Shown here: piece by piece, positions 1 through 11,380 of the stretch | How positions within the stretch are numbered: position 1 is the stretch's first letter | How the letters are laid out: every line of letters starts with the position of its first letter | Assembly (NCBI RefSeq): GCF_052425735.1 | Contig: NC_135762.1 | Span: forward strand, 25,110,001-25,174,000 | Reading direction: 5' to 3' | Length of the DNA stretch: 64,000 bases | Source: Oculina patagonica | Taxonomy: Eukaryota | The notes under the pieces: model-generated | Told to the model about the DNA's origin: nothing | Database searches by the model: none | Seen by the model: the letters and a program-made list of their open reading frames with translations, nothing else | Made by a program: the position numbers and the translations under genes

Positions 1-442
1 TTGCCAGATTTTCGTACGCTCAAAATCCCGGAAAAGTGTGACCCCATTCTAGTCACCCTATAAAAAATGCTTGAAATGGCGACCCCATTATAGTCAGTCC
101 AGTCGTGAAAATGCGACCCAATCCAGCGGCACATCCCCATTAGCCCATTTATAGGAAGTGCCCCCCCCCCCCCCCGGGTTGTGAACCTATTACTAATTCG
201 CGCTACAGTTACCTGTGTACCGTGATAGACAAGACGTCTTTAAGAAAACTGCATGCTGTCCGTACAGCATCAGAATAAATTCTTGTAGCGTTACGGGTGC
301 TGATATTATCCCAAATAATAGTTCCTACGGAAAAGTGAAGTAATTCTGCATTCATTTTCGAATACTACTTGTACAAAGAATATCTGTACACTTTCCGAGA
401 TCAATTACTCTCTGTTGTTCATTTCTTTGCCGTATTTCCTAG

Positions 443-3400
443 GTAGAACATGTTCCCATTTCAGCGCTAACAGAGACTCTCATGGTACACTTGAACCCAC
501 TCGTTGTTTCCAAGAAGGGCAAAACAAATATGAAGACAAGTGTAAAGTTGTTTGTGATTATGGATACGTCCCAGCACAACCAGCTTACGAGATTTCTACA
601 TGTGGGCGGTACGGTGACTGGGTACCTAGCCCAACGCTTTGCACGGGTAACAACGCAAAAGCTGTCAGTTATTTATTTCTGGACGTTCAGTTATAAGGCC
701 TGGCAAAAACGAGGAAACATGTTTCCAGAAACACCCGCATGTTTCCCCAATGTTTCCCAGATTTGCAACGCGGAAAGCATTGTTTCCAGTGTCAATTTTG
801 TTTCCAAGAAGCAAATTTGCTTCTGCTACACGGCAGAACGTTTCGTGCTTCCGCGCGGCATGGAAGTATGGCAAAAACGAGGAAACAATTATGGGAACAT
901 GTTTCATCGTTTTTCCGGGCCTTAGACAAAGTTGGATAACGGCGAGATTAACGTCATTCCTTATGGACCCTTATCGATTGTGCTAGTATAATGTTTTGGT
1001 ATAATTTGGAAAAACGAGCAAAATGTATGCCCTTTTTATAAAAGTAGCACTGCTAGAATAATCGGCATATATTTTTTGTATCGTTGAAGGAGAATTATCA
1101 GAGGCATTACTTGCTTGGTGTCTTAGATTAATTATTTTCAAGTTCTGTCGAGGATTTAGCCTATTTTCAATAGGCAAAGTTTGACAAAAATCTCAGTGCA
1201 GGTTCTATTTCAGGGAATAACCTTAATTGGAACAAAAAGAAGCGTTTATACATAAAAAAGACTTCAAATCCCACAAGATTGGCTTGGTACACCAACATGC
1301 CCGCTGTTTTATTGTGTTGGAATACGCTCTATAAACTTATCTGCCTTTATGTTTTGCCCTCCTATCAGGCAGGCCATGTCCGTTTTTAAATGACTTTAAA
1401 AACGGTCGTGTGGAAGAGGGGTGCAAGATAAATATCAGGAGGTATGGTCAGAGATGCCAACATACCTGCAATGATGGATACAGATTGAAAGGTGACTCTT
1501 TCAGAGACTGTCAGGCAGACGGCACATGGAGTGGAACTGAACCGACTTGCGAGAAGATTTATCCAAGTGAGTACACAAGAAAACATTTTCACACTTTCAA
1601 AACTTGTTAAGAGGGATTCTGCTGAAAGTAACAAAAACCTACCATAGTACAGTAACTTATTTACTATTTGAAACGCCTCATAAATCACCTCATAGAAATG
1701 TAGAGCTCATAATCTAATCACGTTTGGTAATTAAGTACCACGTCCTACAAGGATATGTTAAAATGAGACTAAAACAGCAAGAGACCGCAAACGATAATGC
1801 TGTAATTCGTAGGATCTGCTGAGAGATCTGATCAGCAAATAAATGAAATCACAACAAGACTGCAAGGCTGAACGTACTACGTGAAAAGTAGACATTGCGA
1901 GACACCCACACGACTAGAACCGATACAGGAGGATTGCAACCGCGGACAGCTGTTTCGTCCTTATTGGGACTCATCAGCGCGGTGTAGCAAACATAAATAA
2001 CGCCAGCTAAGAGAGCCAACGCATATATATTTCCCAACCCGTACTATCAAGTTCCGTACTGTCCCCCGGATCACGCGCTGCCACATCACGTGTTTCGGGG
2101 GACAGGAAATCCAAAGTGTCACGAACGTGTCTCGCAAAGCAAAATGACTTAAATGTGGATGGCACGGCCATTCCAAAACATTTAAGCGCATGGACAAAAC
2201 CATGCTAAATAAAAGCACAGCAAAAACCGCGCGAAACCGGTGCTCGTCGTTAACGCAACTCAAAATTTATCTATATATTATCCCACTGTTTGAGTTTATA
2301 CTAAAACAACTATTTACTTCAGTGTCGGTGGCTAGCACCACTAGCCACCTCCACTTCCGTAAATAGTTGTTAACTAATTCGGAATAGTTAATAGCTAACC
2401 AAACTTTACTGAAGTGTAGCTGATTTTACTTTAAATGAAAAAATGTACCCTACAAGGTGTTTGAACTAAAAAATGACTTCTTTTCTTTTGATTCAAGAAC
2501 CAGATATTAGGTGTCCAAGTAGCATAAACGTGGTTCTTAAGCCTGGAATGAACACTGCAGACGTCAGTGATAAATGGACACGCCCTACAGCTAACGTCAA
2601 GAACATTACCGCTGTAAGCCCACCCGGTGTCACCAGCAGCTATCAATTCCCCTATGGGAATACGATTGTCAAGTGGGTAGCGGTGAATGAAATCGGTGAA
2701 AAAGATTACTGTACGGTTGCTGTCAATGTGAACGGTAAATATATTTTCTGGTTTCCTTTTATTTGTCTCGTGCCCTATGTCTAGCTAAAACGCCCACATG
2801 ACACGAGATCTCGGCAACCTGGCTGACTCGTCTTCTCATTAGACGACACCGAAATTTCCACAAAGGAAATAGGAGTTAAGCGAGATCTCGGTAACCAGGC
2901 TCATAAAAAGGGGTATACTTGCCCACAACCATGGTTTACTATCACGCAAAGCAAGCGACTTTAAGAAAGTCTGGAAGAGGCCTAAAGCCATATTCGACAC
3001 TAAATAGTTACCTAACTTGACAGCTTTGCAATACGTATATCTGCTACGAAGTTTGGGAACTATGCCAAGCAATCTAAAAACGCCTGTTGCACTTTACGCT
3101 TTCCCACTGCGAGTATATAGAACACAAAAACAGTGTTGGAGAAGACAGACGCAATTTCTTCAGTCTTAAAGGGACACTGTCACGAGACAAAAGTTCAGGA
3201 GCCCAAAGACGTGTGGAAACCTACAAATAGTGATCCAGTTTTGTTATAAAAATTACTATGATGGTGTACTAATTAAAGCTATAACCAAGTGAAATTATTG
3301 TGATGCCATAAGGAACTTAAGATCTCAACTTGAAAAAAGTTAGGCTGAATTCTTCAAGTTTTACCCTTGTAGCCTGGAAAACAGCTTAAAACTAATAATG

Positions 3401-6400
3401 GCTACCTTTTTCTTTAACAACAACTTACTTTATATCTTCATCTTGAAGTACTAAGGGCATTCAATGTACGAACAAGCATACTTCGCCAATTTTATTACTT
3501 TTTACCCAAAGCAGAAAAATCCTCATGACAGTGTCCCTTTAACGCCACTTTAGCTTGCACAAGAAAATCACAAGGGTTACATGCAAACCAAGGCACTGAT
3601 GATGTGAAGTATTTAAGTTACTTTAACCCGATCGGTCAGCGTGTTCTCAACAGAGCAAATCGATGAAGTAACTCTCTTTCCTAGGACCCCTTATCGAAAA
3701 AGTAACTTTAATTATACAGTCAGCTCTCTCTAAAACGGACACCGTCCGGACCAGCTCCGCAACTGTCCATCTTAGAAAGGTGTCCGTTTTATAGAAAGTT
3801 TAGTTACGGTAAAATGACCGAAAAACGGCAAGGACGGGACCAACACCAGATGTCCGTGTTAAAGAGGTTTCCGTTAAGACAGAGTTGACTGTAAATCTAC
3901 TTTGCAGAGTAACCAAAGAAACAGACATGTCCAGATGGATATCAAGGCTGTCTTATTGTTGTTGTTTTTTTGTAAATTTCTTCAGACAATGAAAAACCGA
4001 AGGTCGTCTTCTGCCCAGAAAAGATCTATAAAGTGTCCTATAGTTCGTCTCCAGTGTGGGTGAACATTACACGACCGATTTTCAGTGATAACGTTGGCAT
4101 CGTCAGATACGACCCTGCCCTTATAGATGGCATGTATTTAAGATATAATCGCGATTTGGATTTTGACGCATACGACGATAGTGGCAACCGGGCTCGGTGT
4201 GAAGTTTCTATTTATGTTGGAGGTGAGTATCAGAAATATATGCTGTCAATTATTGGAGTTCAAATAACGCGCGAAATGCCGTACAAATTAAATGTCTCAC
4301 AGTGATATTTGTACTAGACAAGACCGGTTTAACAGGTTCCTTGTAGTCTTACTCATCCTGTAGTAAGACCAATTAAAACAATTTTAATCGCCTTTTAATC
4401 GCCCATGCATTTCCGTTCAAAGTGGGACGCGGTTGAATTCAGAGTAACTCTCCTGCTCGAATATGGTTTTCATGATGACATCAAGTTTTGTAATTAGTGT
4501 GTCAAACCAAATCGTTCCCAGTTGAATTTCAGATGAAGTCAAGAAGTCGTTAACGTTTAAAGTACCTGTACTAGGCAGATTTCGCCCTCCCTCCAATTCC
4601 CTTGTCTGAAAAGAGTTAATTTAAAAACGTAGCCGCACTCAGGGCCGTAGCTACCAAGGGGCAAGACGGCAATGCACTTGTCTCGTCTAGATCATCCACA
4701 AAAACATACTTTCGGTTGGGAAAATAATTTCCAGTTCAACGAGATTGATTTTTTCTGGAAAAAAAATTACCTCATGAAAACTGCTGAAAATAATGTTTCA
4801 TAGCTTTCAGATTTCAAAATTTTCTGGGGGAGCATGTACACAAGCCACACTAGTGTCTCGCACCTTTGGCGCTCACAACTTTTGCCTCGTCTATGTCAAA
4901 AATCTGGTTACGGCCCTGTGCAACAAAAGAATAAGTATGGCTGCTCTAATATGACACCTTAAATTGATAACTCGTTCAATTAAATTCATTTATATTATGA
5001 TTCAGGCAAATAAAATTTTCTGGAAAAAAAGTAACTATATTTTTTATATACTTCATACAGGATATCGGTGTCAATTGCCCCCCGAGGGTCCCCCCGGTAC
5101 TTCGTGGACATGCAACTCGTTTGGTGGAGGGAAGTATTGTTCAAGGATATGTCCTCAAGAGGAAAAGGTCTTTGGTACAAATGGGTGGTGGATGTGTTCA
5201 GACTCAGATGGAAAATGGAAATTTTTTCCTCAACGAAGACCAGTCGCACACTGTGTTGGTAAGAAGCAGAAATGCATTAGTCTGCTCGAAATGGTAATTC
5301 TGAGTTACGTTTATTTTACGTTTTGCCAAATACTCGCTATGAAACTGAACGTTTGCAAAGAGATTACTTCCTTACAACCAAATGTGTCTCCCAGGCGTTA
5401 TAATTTACAGTTACAAGCCAACGAGATTAACTTTGAAAACTGTTTAGCCCAACAGTATTTCAAAAACCTATATCGCAATCTGTTTCGAGTCTTTCAATCT
5501 TCTTCACTTTTGGCCATCCGTACCTTCTTTTGTTTTTGCTGTGTAATGAGAAATTTAGAATAAAAATCAGCGAAAATAAATGACGTTTCGATGAATCGCG
5601 GTTCATCATTATCAAATTCTAAAAAAGTCAGATTCTGATGAGTTCAATATATATTAAGAGTGCGCGTGAAAAATATAACCAATCAACAATTTTAAGTGTC
5701 TTAAGTGGCTTAAAATTACTTGTACTACCAACTTTTGTATCTGCAATGTCGTCTAAAGGAGTGGGATTTCATTTGGTTAAAATGAAGTAATCATCAAAAA
5801 TTATTCGATCTAATGTAACACCTGAACGCTTGTAAATAAAACATTTAGCGATTGATTTTAAACTTAAAAGCTTAGAAAGTATCTATACGTCTTTCTTTTT
5901 TACTTTTTAATACAGTTACTAGTTATATGTTAATTTTGAAGCTACGTTTATATTGATATTATTTTGTTTGTCAGGCTATAAGGACGTTAACACCAGTGTT
6001 CCATGTGATGTTGGTAGCATTCGAAATTCATCATTTGGTTTGACAGGCTGTTGTAAGTTGACGTTCCACTCTCAATCCCTTTTTGAGTTTCAAGGTTCCA
6101 AATGAATAAAAAATATTCATTCCGCACTGTTACCTAAACGCCGCTATTTTCTGATTGTCTTATAGTTTTGATAGCTGGTGAGTATAAGGCTATATAACCC
6201 ATTTTATGATGATATTTTAAATTTTTGCCACTTCTATTTTTGGCAACGCAGACAATCAGTATTGATATTGTAGCAAAAATTATATCTTGCGGTTACCGTT
6301 CTTCAGAAAAATACTTATGACAATACGAAAAGATTACACAATGTTTTCATGTCCCTTATAAGCTTGTCTTAGGAAATGGACTGAAACCACGGGTTGTTCA

Positions 6401-9400
6401 TTTATGTTTTCAGACTTGACTTTACAGACTTTTATTTAAGTTTTATTTAACGTTTTAGTAAATCTGTTTTGACTATTTAATTTCCATAGATGAATGTCCC
6501 CCAGGAACGTACTACAAAAATGGTGCCTGCGAGTCATGCGCAGAAGGGACGTATCAGGACAAAACTGCACAGACAAGCTGTAAAGCCTGCCCTGCAGGAA
6601 CATCTTCAAAGAAAGGATCTTACGATTGTAGACGTGAGTGGTGTTTAATTGTTGGAAAGAATGGGAAGAACGGTAAAATGTCGCCGGACACAAGGGGGAA
6701 TTTTTCTGAAAGTGTTTTTATTTCGTGTTGCTATTTGAGGAAAAAACATTCGATTTTCAGTTTTCCTCCAATAACACCCCAGCTCTGGTATCGCAAAATG
6801 TAATAACAATCGCCGCAAAATGTAATAATAACGCAAAATGTAATAAAATTGACGCAAAATGTAATAAAATCGTTAACGCAAAATGTAATAACTTTTTAAC
6901 GCAAAATGTAATAAATTTTCTAACGCATAATGTAATAACGCAAAATGTAATAACTCTAAAATATCATGTTTGTTGCCTGAATTAGGCAAATTGTACTCAA
7001 TAATTTACCTCGTGTATGTTTGCTAGGACCATATAGGAACTGCCCCTCCCAGACCTATTTCCTTCTTGCAGTTACTTTAGAAGATAGGAATTTTTTACCC
7101 CCGTCAACTACGCTGTCCTTTTAGATCGGATTGGGGAGGAGATGGAGCTTTGACTCTTAACTGTCAAAAGGTTAGGTATGTTTTGTACATTAAATTGTAG
7201 CGAACCAAACGTGTTTCATTAGAGCTGTTAAAACTGGCCTCTTAGCATCCGAGACAAGTGAAAACAGAAAGGAACGGTTTAAGAAATACATCCCCAAAAT
7301 CCGTCATAATAGCAAAACAGATACAGGCAAATAGTTGTCTTTGTTGTCAATTGTACGTCAGTTTTTGTCACCCACAATCCTGTGTCATTAACACTTTCTC
7401 ATCGAAGAAGGTAAACAAGAACGTTTAAGTGAATGGTTAATAGGATCCCTGACAACAAGATTACTTTGTCCTCTGCCTTTTCCAGTAAACTTGGGAAATA
7501 TAAAACACACATTGATTTTATAATATTATCAACTTAAAACTTATTACAACTACCGAAAACTTCCTTTTTCCGAACAGTCAGTGTCTACACAATTTTTCAG
7601 ACCTTGCCATGCAGTAAGCAGTCTAAATCCCATTTTGAATTGATGGTCAAAATCTATTTTTTTTATTTTAAACTAGAAACACTCTATTTGTGGTCTGTTT
7701 TGTCAAAGAATATCTTGTTTACTTCGAAGGCGGGGAATTAGTAGGCAAAGTATGAACTCAAACAAACGATTTTAAAAGATATCAACATATTCCTCCCGAG
7801 TATGCAAGTTGAGTTAAACCGAAGCTTTTCTTAAGGCAAAGGAATGATGCGTCTATAATGCTGAATTTGCATAAAACCAACAAAAAGTTAATGTCACTGA
7901 GCTTGGCTACACGATTTCAAAATATATATAAGTTTTAGAGTTATTACATTTTGTGTTGTTACATTATGCGTTAGAAAAGTTGTTACATTTTGCGTTAAAA
8001 AGTTATTACATTTTGCGTTAACGACTTTATTACATTTTGCGTCAATGCTATTACATTTTGCGTCATTATTACATATTGCGGTGATTGTTATTACATTTTG
8101 CGTTAGTATTACATTTTGCGGCGATTATTACATTTTGCGGCGTAACAGACCCTCTACTTCACACGGATCTTTGGAAACAAATACGACTCGATGGCTAGTT
8201 TTAAGTCTATTCAAATAGTAATAAATCTAATCTATAACTGCAACTAACTGGCTGCTCTTTAATTTAAAATTTGTTATCTTAATAGTTTTTCTTTTATTTT
8301 ATAAACTGATGTAAGAATGGGCAACCAAAGATTAGCCACTGCTACCTGTAGGCCAGTCCATTGTATATTTTAAAAAGAAAAAACAAATGAAATAAAGTGT
8401 TTCAGGGTGTGTGAAAAAGCGTGTTACGGAAGTCTTACTAAAAAAAAGTCACTTTTTATTCCGTCAGCTATTTGTCCTCCTGGTCGCTATTCCAAGGATG
8501 GTTTGGGTCCGTTCTGTGAATTCTGTTCCAATGGAACTTACCAAGACAAAGCTCAACAGACAAGTTGTGTGGCTTGCCCTAAGGGAACCTACACTCTGCA
8601 TATTGGAGCTACTTTCTGTGGAAGTAAGTTGTCTGGTAACTTGAAGAAAATCTGAGATCTTTACAACTTATCTGCTTAGAGGATATTTATTACAGGGCAT
8701 GATGTCTTTGTTCTTAATCTTCAGAATCGCCGCAGATTACTAAACTTAAACCAGAAGACGCTGCTTCAGTGAATGCCGGTGGCACTGTGGTGCTGAAATG
8801 TTTCGCACAAGGAGAGCCAACGCCTTCTGTTTACTGGCAGTACTCGGCTAATGGTAAAGGTGAGTTGAAAAATAAAATTAACAAATTTAAAAAAATTGAA
8901 ATCAATAAAAAATGATGAGATTTGAAATCCGACTGTAAGGGAGACGGCACACAGCAGTCAATTGCAAATGCAAAAATCGACGTCATTTCCGGCTTTCGGT
9001 GCCCCGAACTTTCTAAGAATTTTTCAAGAATTTGACTCGAAAGTGGACAAGACTTTTGTAGGAAAGAAAATGTCAAGCTGGGAACTCAGCGGAGAACAAT
9101 TATTATATTTCCAATGCTTAAGCGGCGAATAAACCTTAACCTTCCAGTGACGGCGTTAACTTTTGGCTATAAAGCGAAAGATTTCGGAAATTTAAGACGT
9201 TTGTATGGAGCAGTTTGGAGAAGTTTAGGCGGAAACTGCGCAAGCACACGACGTTTGACTGCTGTGTGGGGAGGGGGCGGATTTACACGAATATTTACTT
9301 CTAACAATACAGTGATACATAAAAGAACTCCTTAAATAGCGCTACTGATTTAGTTATTATAAGAATGTTTGTCACGATATGGGACTTACATTGAAGGTGG

Positions 9401-11380
9401 GTTACTGTACAGGTTCCAAGACTCAACAGCCAATGAAAGACAAGGACGGTAATCCCACAGGAACACTGCTGACCATAGCAAATGCGGACTCATCAGATGC
9501 TGGAGACTACATGTGTACGTCAGCTAACACACACGGTGAAATCACACGCTCTGTACACGTGACTGTCACAAAGTCCTCTTCTAAGAGATCAGCGGTACAG
9601 GAGACCAGTAAGTGGCTTACATTTCATTATTGACGCACATTTTATCAGGATTTATCTTAACATCTTCGGTAATAAATACACTCACCTGTATGGTCTTTCA
9701 GTTGTGAGTTTCCGCAACCATAATTTCTGTCTTCGTTTCAGTGATTTATTATTATTATGTACAAAACACTCCTTTGCAGTTTTAAAAGCTGCATTTAGAT
9801 TAAGATAGTGATAGTATGCAAGGCACGCACCCGTGCATGCCTGTTACCGTCTTGAATGCCCTCTATGCACCCCTACCCTCTCCGAGTCACAGAGGTGTTG
9901 CTCACCAGCGATAGAGGAGAGACATGCGTGTAATGCTTAATTGTATTAGCAAAATATCGTCTACTTTAGTGAAATAACACTGAGTGGAGGAATTAACCAT
10001 TTTTTTCTTGGACATTTACAGAAATGGCGATGGATGACTTTGTACCAAGGGCACAAGGTAAGAATCAAACTCTTGTAATAAACATAAATAATTACAAATG
10101 CTCCGAATAAGTGTAGTCTGGCATAGTGTATTTCTTTTATACCATATTAATTTCTTAAACGCAGTCAACCTCTAAACCTTTGGTCTATTGTAAGACTCAC
10201 CTTGAAGATAATAATATTGTAATGAAACATTTTCTCTATATACAAACCACCATATAAATTTTGGATGGACTTTTTCAACATGTTCTAAGTATTTTTTTCC
10301 AGCAGATCAGTGTCCCGCGGGAAAATTCAGCTCGGACGGATTGGGGCCCTTGTGCCAAGTTTGTCCCAAAAACTCGTACCAGGACCAACCGGGAAAGACC
10401 ACGTGTAAAAACTGTCAACCCGGGAACAAGACTTTGCAATTGGCTGCAACTTCTGCAGAGGCTTGTGGAGGTAACCTGACTAGGATCCACGTCGTGTAGC
10501 CAGATTTTAAATTTATTTTTTCGCCTTTTTTCTGGCTTGTTGTAATTTTATTGAAAACTGACACTGTGCGCAAGCGGTTATGCGAGCTGTGTAGTGTGAA
10601 CAGTCGTTTTGGTTTTCTTTCTAGTTGCTCCTGTGATAACCAATGTGACTTCCAGTGTGAACACGACCAGCAAGGAAGCCTTTCTAGACTGCTATGCGCA
10701 TGCGTCTCCATCACCACTTGTTAGCTGGCGCTTCGCAGAGGATATTCCAAGTGAGTCAGATCATTCATTCATTCATTTAATTATCCATCTATGAAAGTTC
10801 GTTCTTTCCGCGTTTGTTAGTTCATTCAATCATCTATGCAGCTTTTGCAACGATTCATCACCATGAAAATACAGCTTGTTGTTGTTGTTTTTGTTGTTCA
10901 ACCATCCATCAATTCATTCATGTGCATTCATTCATTCGTTCGTTCACTCGTTCATTCATTCATTCATTCATTCATTCGTTCGTTCACTCGTTCATTCATT
11001 CATTCATTCATTCATTCATTCATTCATTCTTTAATTCTTTAATTCTTCTTTAATTTTAATTATAAGTGATATTCTAATGAGAAATCGGGGATGTTACATG
11101 CTCTTTTTAATTTAGCTATTTGTCATAAAATTACTCTTCATTCCAAGTGTGTTTTAATTAATCTTCAGTTTTGAAAGCAACTGAAGCGTGGCAATTTTCT
11201 TTTGCAGGTGATTTTCTTGGTATTCCTAAACTCGTACAGTTGGTGGACGACAAAGAGACGCCCTTTGGTACCCGGATGATAATCAGGGCGGTTACTCGTT
11301 TTAACACAGGGCGGTACGAGTGTACAGCGGTCAACCCATTTGGTCAGGACGAGAAAAGTCTTGATTTGAAAGTGCAATAG
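443..11380 (+). CDS. Secreted SVEP1/polydom-like mosaic protein (Sushi-Sushi-HYR-HYR-Sushi-like-Cys-rich ephrin-receptor-like repeats-Ig-Cys repeat-Ig); 5' end lies outside the window
   Basis: 14 GT-AG exons join in frame: 443-646, 1369-1566 (Sushi: C..GY....C..G.W.....C), 2498-2734, 3986-4222 (HYR: P.I.CP...FP.G.T.V / AYDDSGNRARC), 5061-5258, 5975-6052, 6490-6633, 8468-8623 (CP.G.Y...C..C..GTYQD...Q.SC..CP.GT), 8725-8859, 9413-9607 (Ig, DAGDYMC), 10022-10057, 10303-10470, 10625-10750, 11208-11380 (Ig, NTGRYEC, stop TAG). No transmembrane segment. Confidence 0.85.
696..922. mobile_element. MITE (PIF/Harbinger-like GGCC ends)
   Basis: Terminal inverted repeats AGGCCTGGCAAAAACGAGGAAACATGTT / AACATGTTTCATCGTTTTTCCGGGCCT flanked by TA; intronic. 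Confidence 0.65.
1939..1983 (-). ncRNA. Minimal type I hammerhead ribozyme motif (Penelope-like element/retrozyme type)
   Basis: Minus strand reads ACCGCG-CUGAUGA-GUCC(CAAUAA)GGAC-GAAA-CAGCUG-UC-CGCGGU: complete catalytic core, 6-bp stem I, 4-bp stem II, palindromic ACAGCUGU stem III, GUC cleavage triplet. Confidence 0.85.
3170..3538. mobile_element. Non-autonomous DNA transposon with TTAA target duplication (Kolobok-like)
   Basis: TTAA|AGGGACACTGTCA ... TGACAGTGTCCCT|TTAA. Confidence 0.75.
3717..3891. mobile_element. Tc1/mariner (pogo/Tigger-like) MITE
   Basis: TA|CAGTCAGCTCTCTCT ... AGACAGAGTTGACTG|TA. Confidence 0.7.
4640..4918. mobile_element. hAT-like MITE
   Basis: TIRs CAGGGCCGTAGC / GTTACGGCCCTG; no clean target duplication seen. 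Confidence 0.5.
6785..8148. mobile_element. Foldback-like element with long modular inverted repeats
   Basis: Array of CGCAAAATGTAATAA units at 6792-6961 is mirrored unit-for-unit (through CTCTAAAA) by an inverted array at 7933-8148; ~1 kb non-coding interior. Confidence 0.7.
10911..11030. repeat. (TTCA)n microsatellite
   Basis: Imperfect CATT/CGTT tetranucleotide array; explains the spurious HSFIHSFI ORFs. Confidence 0.9.

Noticed and set aside
6792-6961. Short repeats with variable linkers resembling a CRISPR array
   Set aside because: Linkers are only a few bases and are mirrored at 7933-8148; eukaryotic intron, no cas genes
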